Assembly: GCA_002327885.1 (NCBI GenBank)
Contig: DCUS01000233.1
Location: 1 to 35,737, forward strand
Reading direction: 5' to 3'
DNA length: 35,737 bases
From: Syntrophaceae bacterium UBA2208
Lineage (GTDB): Bacteria > Desulfobacterota > BSN033 > UBA1163
The notes below the pieces were generated by a model. It was not told the origin of the DNA. It saw nothing but the letters and a program-made list of their open reading frames with translations, and searched no databases. This document shows, piece after piece, positions 1 through 8,335 of the stretch. The position numbers were made by a program, and so were the translations under genes. The stretch's first letter is position 1. Every line of letters starts with the position of its first letter.

Positions 1-217
1 AGCATAATGAGACGTGAACTTACCTAGCGTGACTTTATTACGATAGTATCATGATACCAAGAAGCGCAAAGTATTTCCGCATTGATATCGCAATGTTAGC
101 CGATTTAGCTTGGTCTAAATTGTGTATACACTGATTTAATGTGTTTTATGGTTTCGATTCAATTCGGTATAATACTTTAATTATCAATTATACATTGAAT
201 ATAATGAAAAATAGTTC

Positions 218-246
218 TTGACATTTTCTGCCATATTTGGTATTGT
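218..246 (+). promoter_or_regulatory. Sigma70-type promoter of the transposase
   Basis: TTGACA (218-223), 17-bp spacer, TATTGT (241-246) preceded by an extended -10 TG; ATG at 258 with no obvious Shine-Dalgarno. Confidence 0.6.
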
Positions 247-257
247 ATACACCAATT

Positions 258-1985
258 ATGGCAACCCTTCAAAAACGGCGATCCCGAGGGCATGTCTACT
301 GGAGCATCGTAGAGTCCCGGAGGATCAATGGAAAGCCCAGACCGGTTATTCTGGCCTATCTGGGACGGGCCGAAGACCTGCTGAAACGCCTGACCGAGGG
401 CATTCCTCAGAAGGTCAAGAGTTCCAGCCATGGTGCGGTGGCTGCCCTGCTCGGTTTGGCCGAAGAGCTTCAGGTTGTTGACATCATCAACCGCCATCTT
501 CCTGACTCTTCTAAGAAGCTCCGAGACAACTTTACCGTAGGAGGATCCTTGCTGCTTTCCGCTTTGGGAAGAGCCTGCCATCCGACAAGTAAAATGAACT
601 GGTACGATGGCTTTGCGAAACATACGAGTCTTTCCCATTTATTAAAGATGTCTCTGATCAAACTCGACAGTCAGCACTTCTGGGACCAGATGGAGGCCGT
701 TCCGGTCTCGGTTCTTCCACTGATCGAGGAGGATCTGGTCTCCAAAGTAATCGGAATCGAGAAGGTCCAACTGGATACCTTGTTCTGTGACATGAGCAAC
801 TTTTTTACTTACATCGCTTCTACCAATAAGCATTGTAGCTTACCTCAAAGGGGCAAGAACAAACAGAAGCGAATCGATCTGAGGCAGTTAGGTCTTTTGC
901 TCCTTGTCACTCGCCGGGATCATCTTCCGCTGCTTCACAAGATTTATCAGGGAAACCTTCAGGATCGAACGATTTTCAAAGAATATTTTCAGCAGATGGT
1001 CCAACGGTTTAAAGCCCTCTCCGGTTCTTTGGAACAAATCACCCTGGTCTTTGACCAGGGAAACAATGCCAGGACAACGTTACGGGAGGTGGATGGACAA
1101 ATCCACTTTGTCGGGGCGATCTCTCCCTGTCATCATAAAGAGATCATCGAAAAAGCGAATCCTGCGATGCACCGAGTCTCCATTTCAGATAAGGAGATCG
1201 ACTGTTATCGGACACGGACCCAGATCTGGGACCTCGACCTCACCGTGGTGGTCTACATCTCTGAGAAGCTCCTGCAGGGTCAGATCCGGGGGATTCAGCA
1301 GAATATCAAGAAACTCTTCTCGGCCCTCGATCGCCTCAAGGAGAAGATTCGCCTTCCTGTTCGCCAGGGTCCAAAGAGGACCCGCCAGGCTCTGGAGAAA
1401 AGAATTCGGGCCTTGATTGCTTCTCACGATCTTGAGGATTTGATCTGCTGGAACCTCCAAGAACTTGCTGAGCATGCCTTTGATCTGATCTTCGGGATTG
1501 ACGAGAATCGATTCAAAAGGCTACAGGAAAATTGGCTGGGCCGCCGAATTCTGATCACCAATCGTCATGACTGGTCCGAAGAAGAGATCATCTCCGCTTA
1601 CTGGGGCCAGGCTCAGGTGGAATATGCTTTCAAGACCATGAAAAATCCCTTCCATTTGGCTCTTCGACCGCAATATCATTGGACGGATCAGAAGATCGAA
1701 GTGCATGGCTTCATCTGTCTCCTGGCTTTTCTTCTCTCCATGCTCTTGTACAAAAGAGCCAAGGAGCGGAGTGGTTTCACGGGGTGCCCCCATACTCTTT
1801 TCGAGAAGCTTTCCACCATCAGACTTGCCACATTTGTCGAAACCCCGTTACAGAAAACAAAAGGCCGCTACAAGGCAGTTCATCGAATTGAAGAGATGGA
1901 GGAAGAAATTCATGTCCTTGCCCGTGGACTCGATTTAGTTGACAAAGAACAGAAAACCAATATCCCATTCAGTGTATACAACTAA
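258..1985 (+). CDS. IS1634-family DDE transposase (ORF track start 237; ATG at 258 more likely)
   Basis: N-terminal YWSIVESRRINGKPRPVILAYLG; DDE-type motifs LFCDMSNFFTY, LVFDQG and YWGQAQVEYAFKTMK; LRPQYHWTDQKIEVHGFICLLA; flanked by IRs. Confidence 0.88.
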   Translation: MATLQKRRSRGHVYWSIVESRRINGKPRPVILAYLGRAEDLLKRLTEGIPQKVKSSSHGAVAALLGLAEELQVVDIINRHLPDSSKKLRDNFTVGGSLLLSALGRACHPTSKMNWYDGFAKHTSLSHLLKMSLIKLDSQHFWDQMEAVPVSVLPLIEEDLVSKVIGIEKVQLDTLFCDMSNFFTYIASTNKHCSLPQRGKNKQKRIDLRQLGLLLLVTRRDHLPLLHKIYQGNLQDRTIFKEYFQQMVQRFKALSGSLEQITLVFDQGNNARTTLREVDGQIHFVGAISPCHHKEIIEKANPAMHRVSISDKEIDCYRTRTQIWDLDLTVVVYISEKLLQGQIRGIQQNIKKLFSALDRLKEKIRLPVRQGPKRTRQALEKRIRALIASHDLEDLICWNLQELAEHAFDLIFGIDENRFKRLQENWLGRRILITNRHDWSEEEIISAYWGQAQVEYAFKTMKNPFHLALRPQYHWTDQKIEVHGFICLLAFLLSMLLYKRAKERSGFTGCPHTLFEKLSTIRLATFVETPLQKTKGRYKAVHRIEEMEEEIHVLARGLDLVDKEQKTNIPFSVYN

Positions 1986-2053
1986 GATGAATGATTATCG
2001 TTGTAGTTACAACATGTTATGTCTTCAAAGCGAATTAGCGTAATAAAGTCACG

Positions 2054-2080
2054 CTAGACCCCTTGGTCCCTAGGCTCCTT
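2054..2080. repeat. Short degenerate period-8 array at the leuC 3' end
   Basis: ctagaccc cttggtcc ctaggctc; contains the leuC stop codon and abuts the IS right end; only three units. Confidence 0.4.
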
Positions 2081-3356
2081 TCCTCATTACTTCTTCAGGA
2101 TGGCAGATCCAGCCCCGGATCGAGCTGGCGGCAGCCACTGCCGGGCCGGAAAGATAAACCTCGCTTTTGGCGTGGCCCATCCTACCTCGAAAATTGCGAT
2201 TCGTGGTGGCCAATGCCTTTTCCCCTTCGGCCAGGACACCCATATGCCCTCCGAGACAGGGCCCGCAGGTGGGCGGACTGATGACAGCGCCCGCCGAAAG
2301 AAATATTTCGAACAGCCCTTCTCTCAAAGCCTGATGGTAGATCTCCTGGGTGGAGGGGATGATGATAAGCCGCAAGGAGGAAGCGATTTTTCTTCCTTTT
2401 AATATTCTGGCGGCCACCCGAAGATCGTCGAGATGACCATTGGTGCAAGAGCCGATGACGACCTGGTCGATCTCGGTCTTTCCAATCTCTCTCACATCCT
2501 TCACATTCGATGGGAGATGAGGAAGCGCCACTTGAGGATGAATCTTTGAGGCGTTAAATTCTTTCACTTCCGCATAAAGCGCTTCTCTGTCGCTCCGAAA
2601 AATTCGATAGGGTCTCTTGGTTTTAGATTTGACAAACTCGAGAGTGGTTTCATCCGGTTCCATGATTCCATTCTTTGCCCCGGCTTCAATGGCCATATTG
2701 GCCATTGTAAAACGGCTCGCCATAGGAAGCTTATGGAGTGTTTCTCCACAAAACTCCATGGCTTGATAGAGGGCTCCATCGACACCGATATTGCCGATCG
2801 TGAAGAGGATCAAGTCCTTTCCGGAAACCCAGGGATTGATTTTTCCATAATAGATGAGTTTGAGGCTTTTAGGAACTTTAAACCAGAGCTTTCCTGTCGC
2901 CATGACCGCACCAAGGTCTGTGCTGCCCACCCCCGTTGAAAAAGCACCGAGAGCGCCATAGGTGCAGGTGTGACTGTCGGCGCCGATGACGACTTCCCCG
3001 GGAAGAACCAACCCTTTTTCTGGAAGAAGGGCATGTTCGATTCCGCATTGTCCGATTTCAAAGAAATGGGTGAGACGTTGGGCCTTTGCAAATTCTCTGA
3101 GGATTTTACACTGCTCCGCAGAGAGGATGTCCTTGGCCGGTGTGAAGTGATCGGGAACTAAAACAACCCGATCCCGATGAAAAACTTTTTTCGCTTTAGT
3201 TTCTTTGAAGGCTTTGATGGCAAGGGGAGCGGTGATATCGTTGCCAAGAGCCAGGTCAATTCGGACATTGAGAAGCTCTCCGGGGGCAACTCGGTTTTTC
3301 CCTGCATGGGCAGAGAGGATCTTTTCCGTGATCGTCATGGGAGGTTTGGTTTTCAT
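2070..3356 (-). CDS. leuC: 3-isopropylmalate dehydratase large subunit (short LeuC/HacA type)
   Basis: Aconitase-family motifs [41 protein letters not shown]; directly downstream of leuA. Confidence 0.92.
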   Translation of the reverse strand: MKTKPPMTITEKILSAHAGKNRVAPGELLNVRIDLALGNDITAPLAIKAFKETKAKKVFHRDRVVLVPDHFTPAKDILSAEQCKILREFAKAQRLTHFFEIGQCGIEHALLPEKGLVLPGEVVIGADSHTCTYGALGAFSTGVGSTDLGAVMATGKLWFKVPKSLKLIYYGKINPWVSGKDLILFTIGNIGVDGALYQAMEFCGETLHKLPMASRFTMANMAIEAGAKNGIMEPDETTLEFVKSKTKRPYRIFRSDREALYAEVKEFNASKIHPQVALPHLPSNVKDVREIGKTEIDQVVIGSCTNGHLDDLRVAARILKGRKIASSLRLIIIPSTQEIYHQALREGLFEIFLSAGAVISPPTCGPCLGGHMGVLAEGEKALATTNRNFRGRMGHAKSEVYLSGPAVAAASSIRGWICHPEEVMRKGA

Positions 3357-3375
3357 ATTCTTCTATCTTATATGA

Positions 3376-3446
3376 AGCATGGGGCATGGAGCATAGGGCA
3401 AGGAGTTAAAGTTCTTAACGCTTTGCGCTTAGCGCCATGCGCTTTT
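3376..3446. repeat. Period-7 inverted tandem array (leuA/leuC spacer)
   Basis: agcatgg ggcatgg agcatag ggcaagg agttaaa, short spacer, then cgctttg cgcttag cgccatg cgctttt; the arms are roughly reverse-complementary. Confidence 0.8.
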
Positions 3447-3450
3447 CGGC

Positions 3451-4977
3451 TCACATTCCCACTAACTTCTGTTTTCTAAATTCCATCTTATTGAGGGCAT
3501 TGATATAGGCCTTGGCACTGGCGACGATGACATCCGTGTCAGCTCCCTGGCCAATCACCGTTTGGCCCTTTTCCTCCAGTTTGACGGTCACTTCTCCCTG
3601 AGCCTCCGTTCCGCTGGTGATGGCGTTGATCGCAAATTGTAAAAGCTTCGATTTGGTGCGCGTGATCTTCTTGATCGTTTTGAAGGTGGCATCCACGGGT
3701 CCATCCCCAAAGCCTGCCTCCTGAAGGAGTTGCCCCCCTATCTCCATTTGAACGGTGGCCGTTGGGACCGTGACATTTCCTGCAACGACATTGATGTAGA
3801 CCAATTTAAAGCGGCGAGGCATTCGGAGAATTTCCTCCACGACGATCGATTCAATATCCTCATCAAAAATATCACGCTTTTTATCGGCAAGCTGTTTAAA
3901 ACGTCTGAAAGCAAGTCCCAGATCTGCTTCGGAGAGCCGATATCCCAATTCCTTCACTCTCTCTCTGAAGGCATGACGTCCGGAGAGTTTTCCTAAAACA
4001 ATCGAAGTTTTAGGGATTCCCACTGAATCCGGAGTCATAATCTCATAGGTTAATTTTTCCTTGAGAATACCATCCTGATGAATTCCTGATTGATGCGCAA
4101 AGGCATTGGCGCCTACGACCGCCTTGTTGGGCTGGACGGCCATACCGGTAATCTTTGAGATCAAACGGCTCGTGGCAAAGAGGTGTCTGGGGATAATACG
4201 AGTATGATATCGCAGCAGGTCGCTCCGTGTCCGAATAGCCATGACCACCTCTTCGAGGGAGGTGTTGCCTGCCCTTTCACCAATTCCATTGATCGCGCAC
4301 TCCACCTGCTTGGCGCCATTTTGGACTGCGATGAGGGAATTAGCTACTGCCAGACCGAGATCATCATGACAGTGAACGCTTAATGTCACCTTCTCTATTC
4401 CCCGGACCTTTTGCCGGAGGGTTCGGACGAGGTCCCCAAACTCCGAGGGAATGGCATAGCCGACGGTATCTGGGAGGTTAATGGTGGTTGCCCCGGCTCG
4501 AATGGCGGCTTCATAGACGGCCGAGAGAAACTCAACATCGCTTCGGGTGGCATCCATGGCCGAGAATTCAACATTGGACGTATATCGCTTTGCTCTTGCG
4601 ACAGACCGCGCAGCGATCTGGATGACTTCTTCCTTTGATTTCTTGAGCTGGTGTTTGAGATGGATGTCGGAGGTCGAGATAAAAGTATGGAGCCGGGGGA
4701 ATTTGGCTCCCTTCACGGCGCCCCAAGCTTGGTCAATATCCTTTGGATTAGCCCTGGCGAGGGCGGCCACTTCGGAGTGTTTGATGGTTTTAGAAATGGC
4801 CCTGACAGCTTCGAAGTCTCCTTCTGAAGAGATGGGGAAACCTGCTTCAATGATATCGACATTCAATTTTTCCAATTGTTCGGCAATCCTCACCTTTTCA
4901 GCAATGTTCATCGTCGCTCCAGGGGACTGCTCTCCATCGCGTAAAGTGGTATCAAAAATTTTAATGAGCTCACTCAT
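3451..4977 (-). CDS. leuA: 2-isopropylmalate synthase
   Basis: IFDTTLRDGEQSPG, HCHDDLGLA, GIGERAGN, AHQSGIHQDG, and a C-terminal regulatory domain with GDGPVDA. Confidence 0.96.
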   Translation of the reverse strand: MSELIKIFDTTLRDGEQSPGATMNIAEKVRIAEQLEKLNVDIIEAGFPISSEGDFEAVRAISKTIKHSEVAALARANPKDIDQAWGAVKGAKFPRLHTFISTSDIHLKHQLKKSKEEVIQIAARSVARAKRYTSNVEFSAMDATRSDVEFLSAVYEAAIRAGATTINLPDTVGYAIPSEFGDLVRTLRQKVRGIEKVTLSVHCHDDLGLAVANSLIAVQNGAKQVECAINGIGERAGNTSLEEVVMAIRTRSDLLRYHTRIIPRHLFATSRLISKITGMAVQPNKAVVGANAFAHQSGIHQDGILKEKLTYEIMTPDSVGIPKTSIVLGKLSGRHAFRERVKELGYRLSEADLGLAFRRFKQLADKKRDIFDEDIESIVVEEILRMPRRFKLVYINVVAGNVTVPTATVQMEIGGQLLQEAGFGDGPVDATFKTIKKITRTKSKLLQFAINAITSGTEAQGEVTVKLEEKGQTVIGQGADTDVIVASAKAYINALNKMEFRKQKLVGM

Positions 4978-5025
4978 TGCCTTTCCTTTCTTCAGAATAA
5001 CGTAACCGTATCGCTGTCAGGTCCG

Positions 5026-5067
5026 TAATTTATAATTCTTAACTCTAAACTCATAACTTATAACTTA
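5026..5067. repeat. Period-7 tandem array, single arm (lpxK 3' end)
   Basis: taattta taattct taactct aaactca taactta taactta; the last unit includes the lpxK stop codon. Confidence 0.8.
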
Positions 5068-6144
5068 AAAAATTCCCATCACCCTGTGATAAAATTCTTT
5101 TTCCTCCCATATTTTGGCTTCGACACGGAGAGCCCGAAGGGGAAGGTCGCCAAGAGGCAAGTGCCTTAATTTTACCATATCTTTCTCCGTTGTGACAATG
5201 CAATCGACTTGTTTGTTTTTCTCTTTTATGGAAGATAAATCTTTGACGGTGTAGTGGTGGTGATCCGGGAAGATCAGTTCTCTAACAATCTCCATTCCGC
5301 ATTTCCTTAACAGGGAAGAGAAATAGCCGGAGTGGGCGATTCCGGAAAGAGCAAGTATCCTTTTCCCTTTCAAAGTATGAAGCGCCTCTTGCTCTTCCTG
5401 TGGACCCACCAGGCTGACGGGTTCATAATGGCTGTGAAACACCGGTGACGCGGGATGGATTTTATGAATTTTTTCCTCCAAGGATCGACAGGTCTCGAGT
5501 TCCTCCACTTTGGTGAGAACGAAAAGGTCGGCCCTGCGAAGATGAGAGAGAGGTTCTCTCAGGATTCCTCTCGGCAGAAGGTGAGGGTCCCCAAAACCGA
5601 TGTGTGAGTCGACAAGCAGTATATTGATGTCTCGATGAAGGGGAAGATGCTGATAGCCATCGTCCAGCAGCAGCCCTTTCACGCCGAATCGTTGCAAAGC
5701 GAGTCGGCCATTTCGGAATCGATCCCTGCCAACCAGGACAGGAATTTCCTTGCAAACCTGAGCCATCAGGAACGGTTCATCCCCTGATTCTTCAAGGGAG
5801 AGGGAGAGGGTCTTGCCATCACTCACGACTGACTCAGCGGTCTTCTTTCTTTTATATCCCCGGCTCAGGATAGCGACATGGATTCCTCTGCTCATCAATC
5901 CCTTTGCGATGGCCATCACGAGAGGAGTCTTCCCCGTTCCTCCCGCCGTGATGTTTCCTACGCTGATCACTCTACAGGGGAGGGTTTTTGTTTTCAAAAA
6001 TCCAAGGGAGTAGAAAAGAGATCTTGTCCGGACCACTCCTTCATAAAGGAGAGAGAGGATGTAAAGAGGGAAGAGGAGCGCCTGATCTCCAAAGGATTTC
6101 TCTTTTTGATAAAGGAATCGGTCAAAACGCCTGTTCATCTCCAA
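5065..6144 (-). CDS. lpxK: Tetraacyldisaccharide 4'-kinase (alternative start ATG 6138)
   Basis: VISVGNITAGGTGKTP, ILSRGY, GDEP, LLDDGYQH, LLPRGILREP, FPDHH, TTEKD. Confidence 0.96.
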   Translation of the reverse strand: MEMNRRFDRFLYQKEKSFGDQALLFPLYILSLLYEGVVRTRSLFYSLGFLKTKTLPCRVISVGNITAGGTGKTPLVMAIAKGLMSRGIHVAILSRGYKRKKTAESVVSDGKTLSLSLEESGDEPFLMAQVCKEIPVLVGRDRFRNGRLALQRFGVKGLLLDDGYQHLPLHRDINILLVDSHIGFGDPHLLPRGILREPLSHLRRADLFVLTKVEELETCRSLEEKIHKIHPASPVFHSHYEPVSLVGPQEEQEALHTLKGKRILALSGIAHSGYFSSLLRKCGMEIVRELIFPDHHHYTVKDLSSIKEKNKQVDCIVTTEKDMVKLRHLPLGDLPLRALRVEAKIWEEKEFYHRVMGIF

Positions 6145-6148
6145 TCCA

Positions 6149-6214
6149 ATTTTAGATTTCAGATTTTAGATTTGAGATTTTTCAATCTGCTATCTGCTAT
6201 CTGAAATCTGCAAT
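6149..6214. repeat. Period-7 inverted tandem array (waaA/lpxK junction)
   Basis: attttag atttcag attttag atttgag atttttc, then aatctgc tatctgc tatctga aatctgc aat. Confidence 0.88.
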
Positions 6215-7501
6215 GTCTTTCAAAAAAGGTCTTATTTCCTCAAGCATTCTATCCGTTGCTCCCTGATGGTTCTGAAGAAATTGATAGCCTTTCTCTCCTA
6301 TCTCTTGACGCCGTGCTCCATCAATAAAGAGACGTTTCGTTTGAGCGAAGAGGTCTTCTTTCCCGGACACCTGAATGGCTCCTCCCATCTCAATCAGGCG
6401 GCTGGAAATTTCTAAGAAATTAAACATGTAGGGACCGAATAGAACACACTTCCTGAAAAGCAAGGGCTCAAGAGGATTATGGCCCCCAACCGGGACAAGG
6501 CTTCCACCCACAAAGACCAACGTCCCAAGACTGTAAAGGCCTATCAATTCGCCCATGGTATCGAGGAGGATGATCCTGGATTGTTCTTGATCACACCCGC
6601 CACCCTTCATCAAAAAAGAAGTTTTCCTCTGCCAGGACAGGGATTCTTTTTTGAGGATCTTCTCCACTTCCTCCAAACGCTCGAGGTGTCGAGGAGCAAG
6701 AATGAGGACAAGATGGGGATCGATCTCTTTCAACTCTTTATAAAGGTTAATTAGGATCTCCTCCTCCCCAGAGTGGGTGGAGCCTGCAATCAGAATGTTT
6801 TCATTCCCGCGGAGGCCAAGGGATTGGCTCATCCCAACCATTGCCTCTGAGGTGAAGGAAGGAAGGGTCTGGTCGAATTTTAGATTTCCAACGGTCTTTG
6901 CCTTTTGGGGTTCCCCCCCCATCTCAATGATCCGGGTCCGGTCTTCTTCTGTCTGCATTAAGAAGCAGGAGATGTATTTTAAACATTGTTTGAAAAAGAA
7001 TTTGAAGAAGAGGTAACGTTGAAATGACTTTTGGGAAATCCTCCCGTTGAAGAGAACAATGGGAATTCCTTTTTTTCCGCAGGACCTGAGTAAGTTGGGC
7101 CAAAGTTCTGTTTCAGCAATGAGCAGGAGGCTGGGTTGGATTTTTTCGAGAACTCTCCGGATAACAAGGGGGTGGTCTATCGGCATAAAAAGAAATTGAT
7201 CCGCCTCAGGGAGATAAGTTTTTGCTGTCTCATTCCCTGTCGAGGTCATCGTGGTTAAAATAATTTTGGAATGAGGAAAATCCTTTTTAATCTTCTTCAC
7301 AAGAGGGATAGAACAACGCACCTCACCGACCGATGCGGCATGAACCCAAATAGCCCTTTTGGAAGATGAACTCTGAAAAAATCCCATCCGCTGGAGCAGT
7401 GACTTCCGAAACTGTTTTTGTACGAGGCACTTAAAAAGAACATAAGGGGTGGCAAGAAGGAGGGAAAATGTGAGCAGGATGTTGTAAAGGTAGTAAATCA
7501 T
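6197..7501 (-). CDS. waaA: Kdo transferase
   Basis: IWVHAASVGE, ETELWPN, GNLKFD, AGSTHSGEE, LAPRHLER, DTMGEL, GGHNPLEP. Confidence 0.96.
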   Translation of the reverse strand: MIYYLYNILLTFSLLLATPYVLFKCLVQKQFRKSLLQRMGFFQSSSSKRAIWVHAASVGEVRCSIPLVKKIKKDFPHSKIILTTMTSTGNETAKTYLPEADQFLFMPIDHPLVIRRVLEKIQPSLLLIAETELWPNLLRSCGKKGIPIVLFNGRISQKSFQRYLFFKFFFKQCLKYISCFLMQTEEDRTRIIEMGGEPQKAKTVGNLKFDQTLPSFTSEAMVGMSQSLGLRGNENILIAGSTHSGEEEILINLYKELKEIDPHLVLILAPRHLERLEEVEKILKKESLSWQRKTSFLMKGGGCDQEQSRIILLDTMGELIGLYSLGTLVFVGGSLVPVGGHNPLEPLLFRKCVLFGPYMFNFLEISSRLIEMGGAIQVSGKEDLFAQTKRLFIDGARRQEIGEKGYQFLQNHQGATDRMLEEIRPFLKDIADFR

Positions 7502-7520
7502 TGAACCATCGAGAGATTAG

Positions 7521-7644
7521 AATGTCAAATGACAAAGTTCAAAGGTCAAATGATTTTCTGAATTTGAGGCTTGACATTCATTTGACATTTGCCTGCCTGC
7601 GCGAAGCCGCTTCGGCGAAGGCAGGGATTTTAGCATTTGGCATT
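7521..7644. repeat. Period-7 inverted tandem array (DUF374/waaA junction), interrupted by a palindromic insert
   Basis: aatgtca aatgaca aagttca aaggtca aatgatt ... atttgag gcttgac attc atttgac atttg[insert]g attttagc atttggc att. Confidence 0.82.
7592..7625. repeat. 34-bp REP-like palindromic element
   Basis: CCTGCCT-GCGCGAAGCCGCTTCGGCGA-AGGCAGG; 7-bp terminal stem; related shorter copy at 34306-34324. Confidence 0.7.
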
Positions 7645-8304
7645 GCTTTTGTTGAAATAATGGTCCGCTCTTTCGGTCAATTCATTGAGTCGTTTCTCTA
7701 AAAGAGCCCTTTTCCCCTCGAGATGATTTCGATCCCCATTCTGATCGATATGGATTGGTTCTCCCCAGATGAACACCCCTTTTGAAAAAGGGAAGGGAAG
7801 GAGAAATTGATCCCAGGTGTTAAAAATCTTCCCTTTTGAGGCACTGAAGGAGATTGGAATCACAACCCTTCCGGTCAGTTTGGCCAATTCGATCACACCA
7901 ATTTGTACCCGGTGACGGGGTCCCCTCGGCCCATCCGGGACAATCCCAATATCGGATCCATGAGCCTTCACCATCTGCTTGAAACCGGAGAAACCTTTCC
8001 GAGTGCTTGAGCCCAGGATGGCATGGAAACCAAACCGTTTAAGGGCTTTTCCCACCACTTGACCATCCCGGTGGGGAGAGACGAGGAAACTTAATTTCTT
8101 CCCTCTATAGACGATGGGCATCATCAAGAGCCTCCCATGCCAGCAAGCCCCAATGACAGGGATTCCCTTCTCCCAAAACCCTTTCGGAATCTCTGGATGG
8201 ATCTCGTCAAACCGCATGGTCCAGGATAATATCTTGATGGCCCAGTAGGCACTCCACGGGCCCAGCCACACCACCAATTTCTTCTTTAAAGTTTTAAGGC
8301 CCAT
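7630..8304 (-). CDS. DUF374 / lysophospholipid acyltransferase-like protein
   Basis: WHGRLL, SPHRDGQ, GSSTRKG, PDGPRGP, WDQFLLPFPFSK; usual position between msbA and waaA. Confidence 0.85.
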   Translation of the reverse strand: MGLKTLKKKLVVWLGPWSAYWAIKILSWTMRFDEIHPEIPKGFWEKGIPVIGACWHGRLLMMPIVYRGKKLSFLVSPHRDGQVVGKALKRFGFHAILGSSTRKGFSGFKQMVKAHGSDIGIVPDGPRGPRHRVQIGVIELAKLTGRVVIPISFSASKGKIFNTWDQFLLPFPFSKGVFIWGEPIHIDQNGDRNHLEGKRALLEKRLNELTERADHYFNKSNAKC

Positions 8305-8335
8305 TTTAGAATAAACAGTCTGAACTCAAAACTAC

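Larger units (their letters stand above)
24..2057 (+). mobile_element. Complete insertion sequence, IS1634 family
   Basis: Perfect 19-bp terminal inverted repeats: CTAGCGTGACTTTATTACG (24-42) and CGTAATAAAGTCACGCTAG (2039-2057), enclosing one transposase ORF. The outer CTAG is palindromic, so the alternative reading is 15-bp IRs (element 28-2053) with a CTAG target duplication. Confidence 0.9.

Noticed and set aside
177-638. 153-aa antisense ORF in the IS and the other short ORFs overlapping long genes throughout the track
   Set aside because: No recognisable motifs; they overlap well-supported genes and are typical shadow ORFs
4978-5064. Leucine attenuator or T-box upstream of leuA
   Set aside because: No Leu-rich leader ORF, T-box motif or terminator hairpin in the spacer
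7501-7701. 66-aa plus-strand ORF (contains CLREAASAKAG)
   Set aside because: Antisense to the operon and largely a translation of the heptamer array and palindromic insert
8305-8335. Possible heptamer array between msbA and DUF374 (ctgaact caaaact)
   Set aside because: Only two similar units, which could be chance
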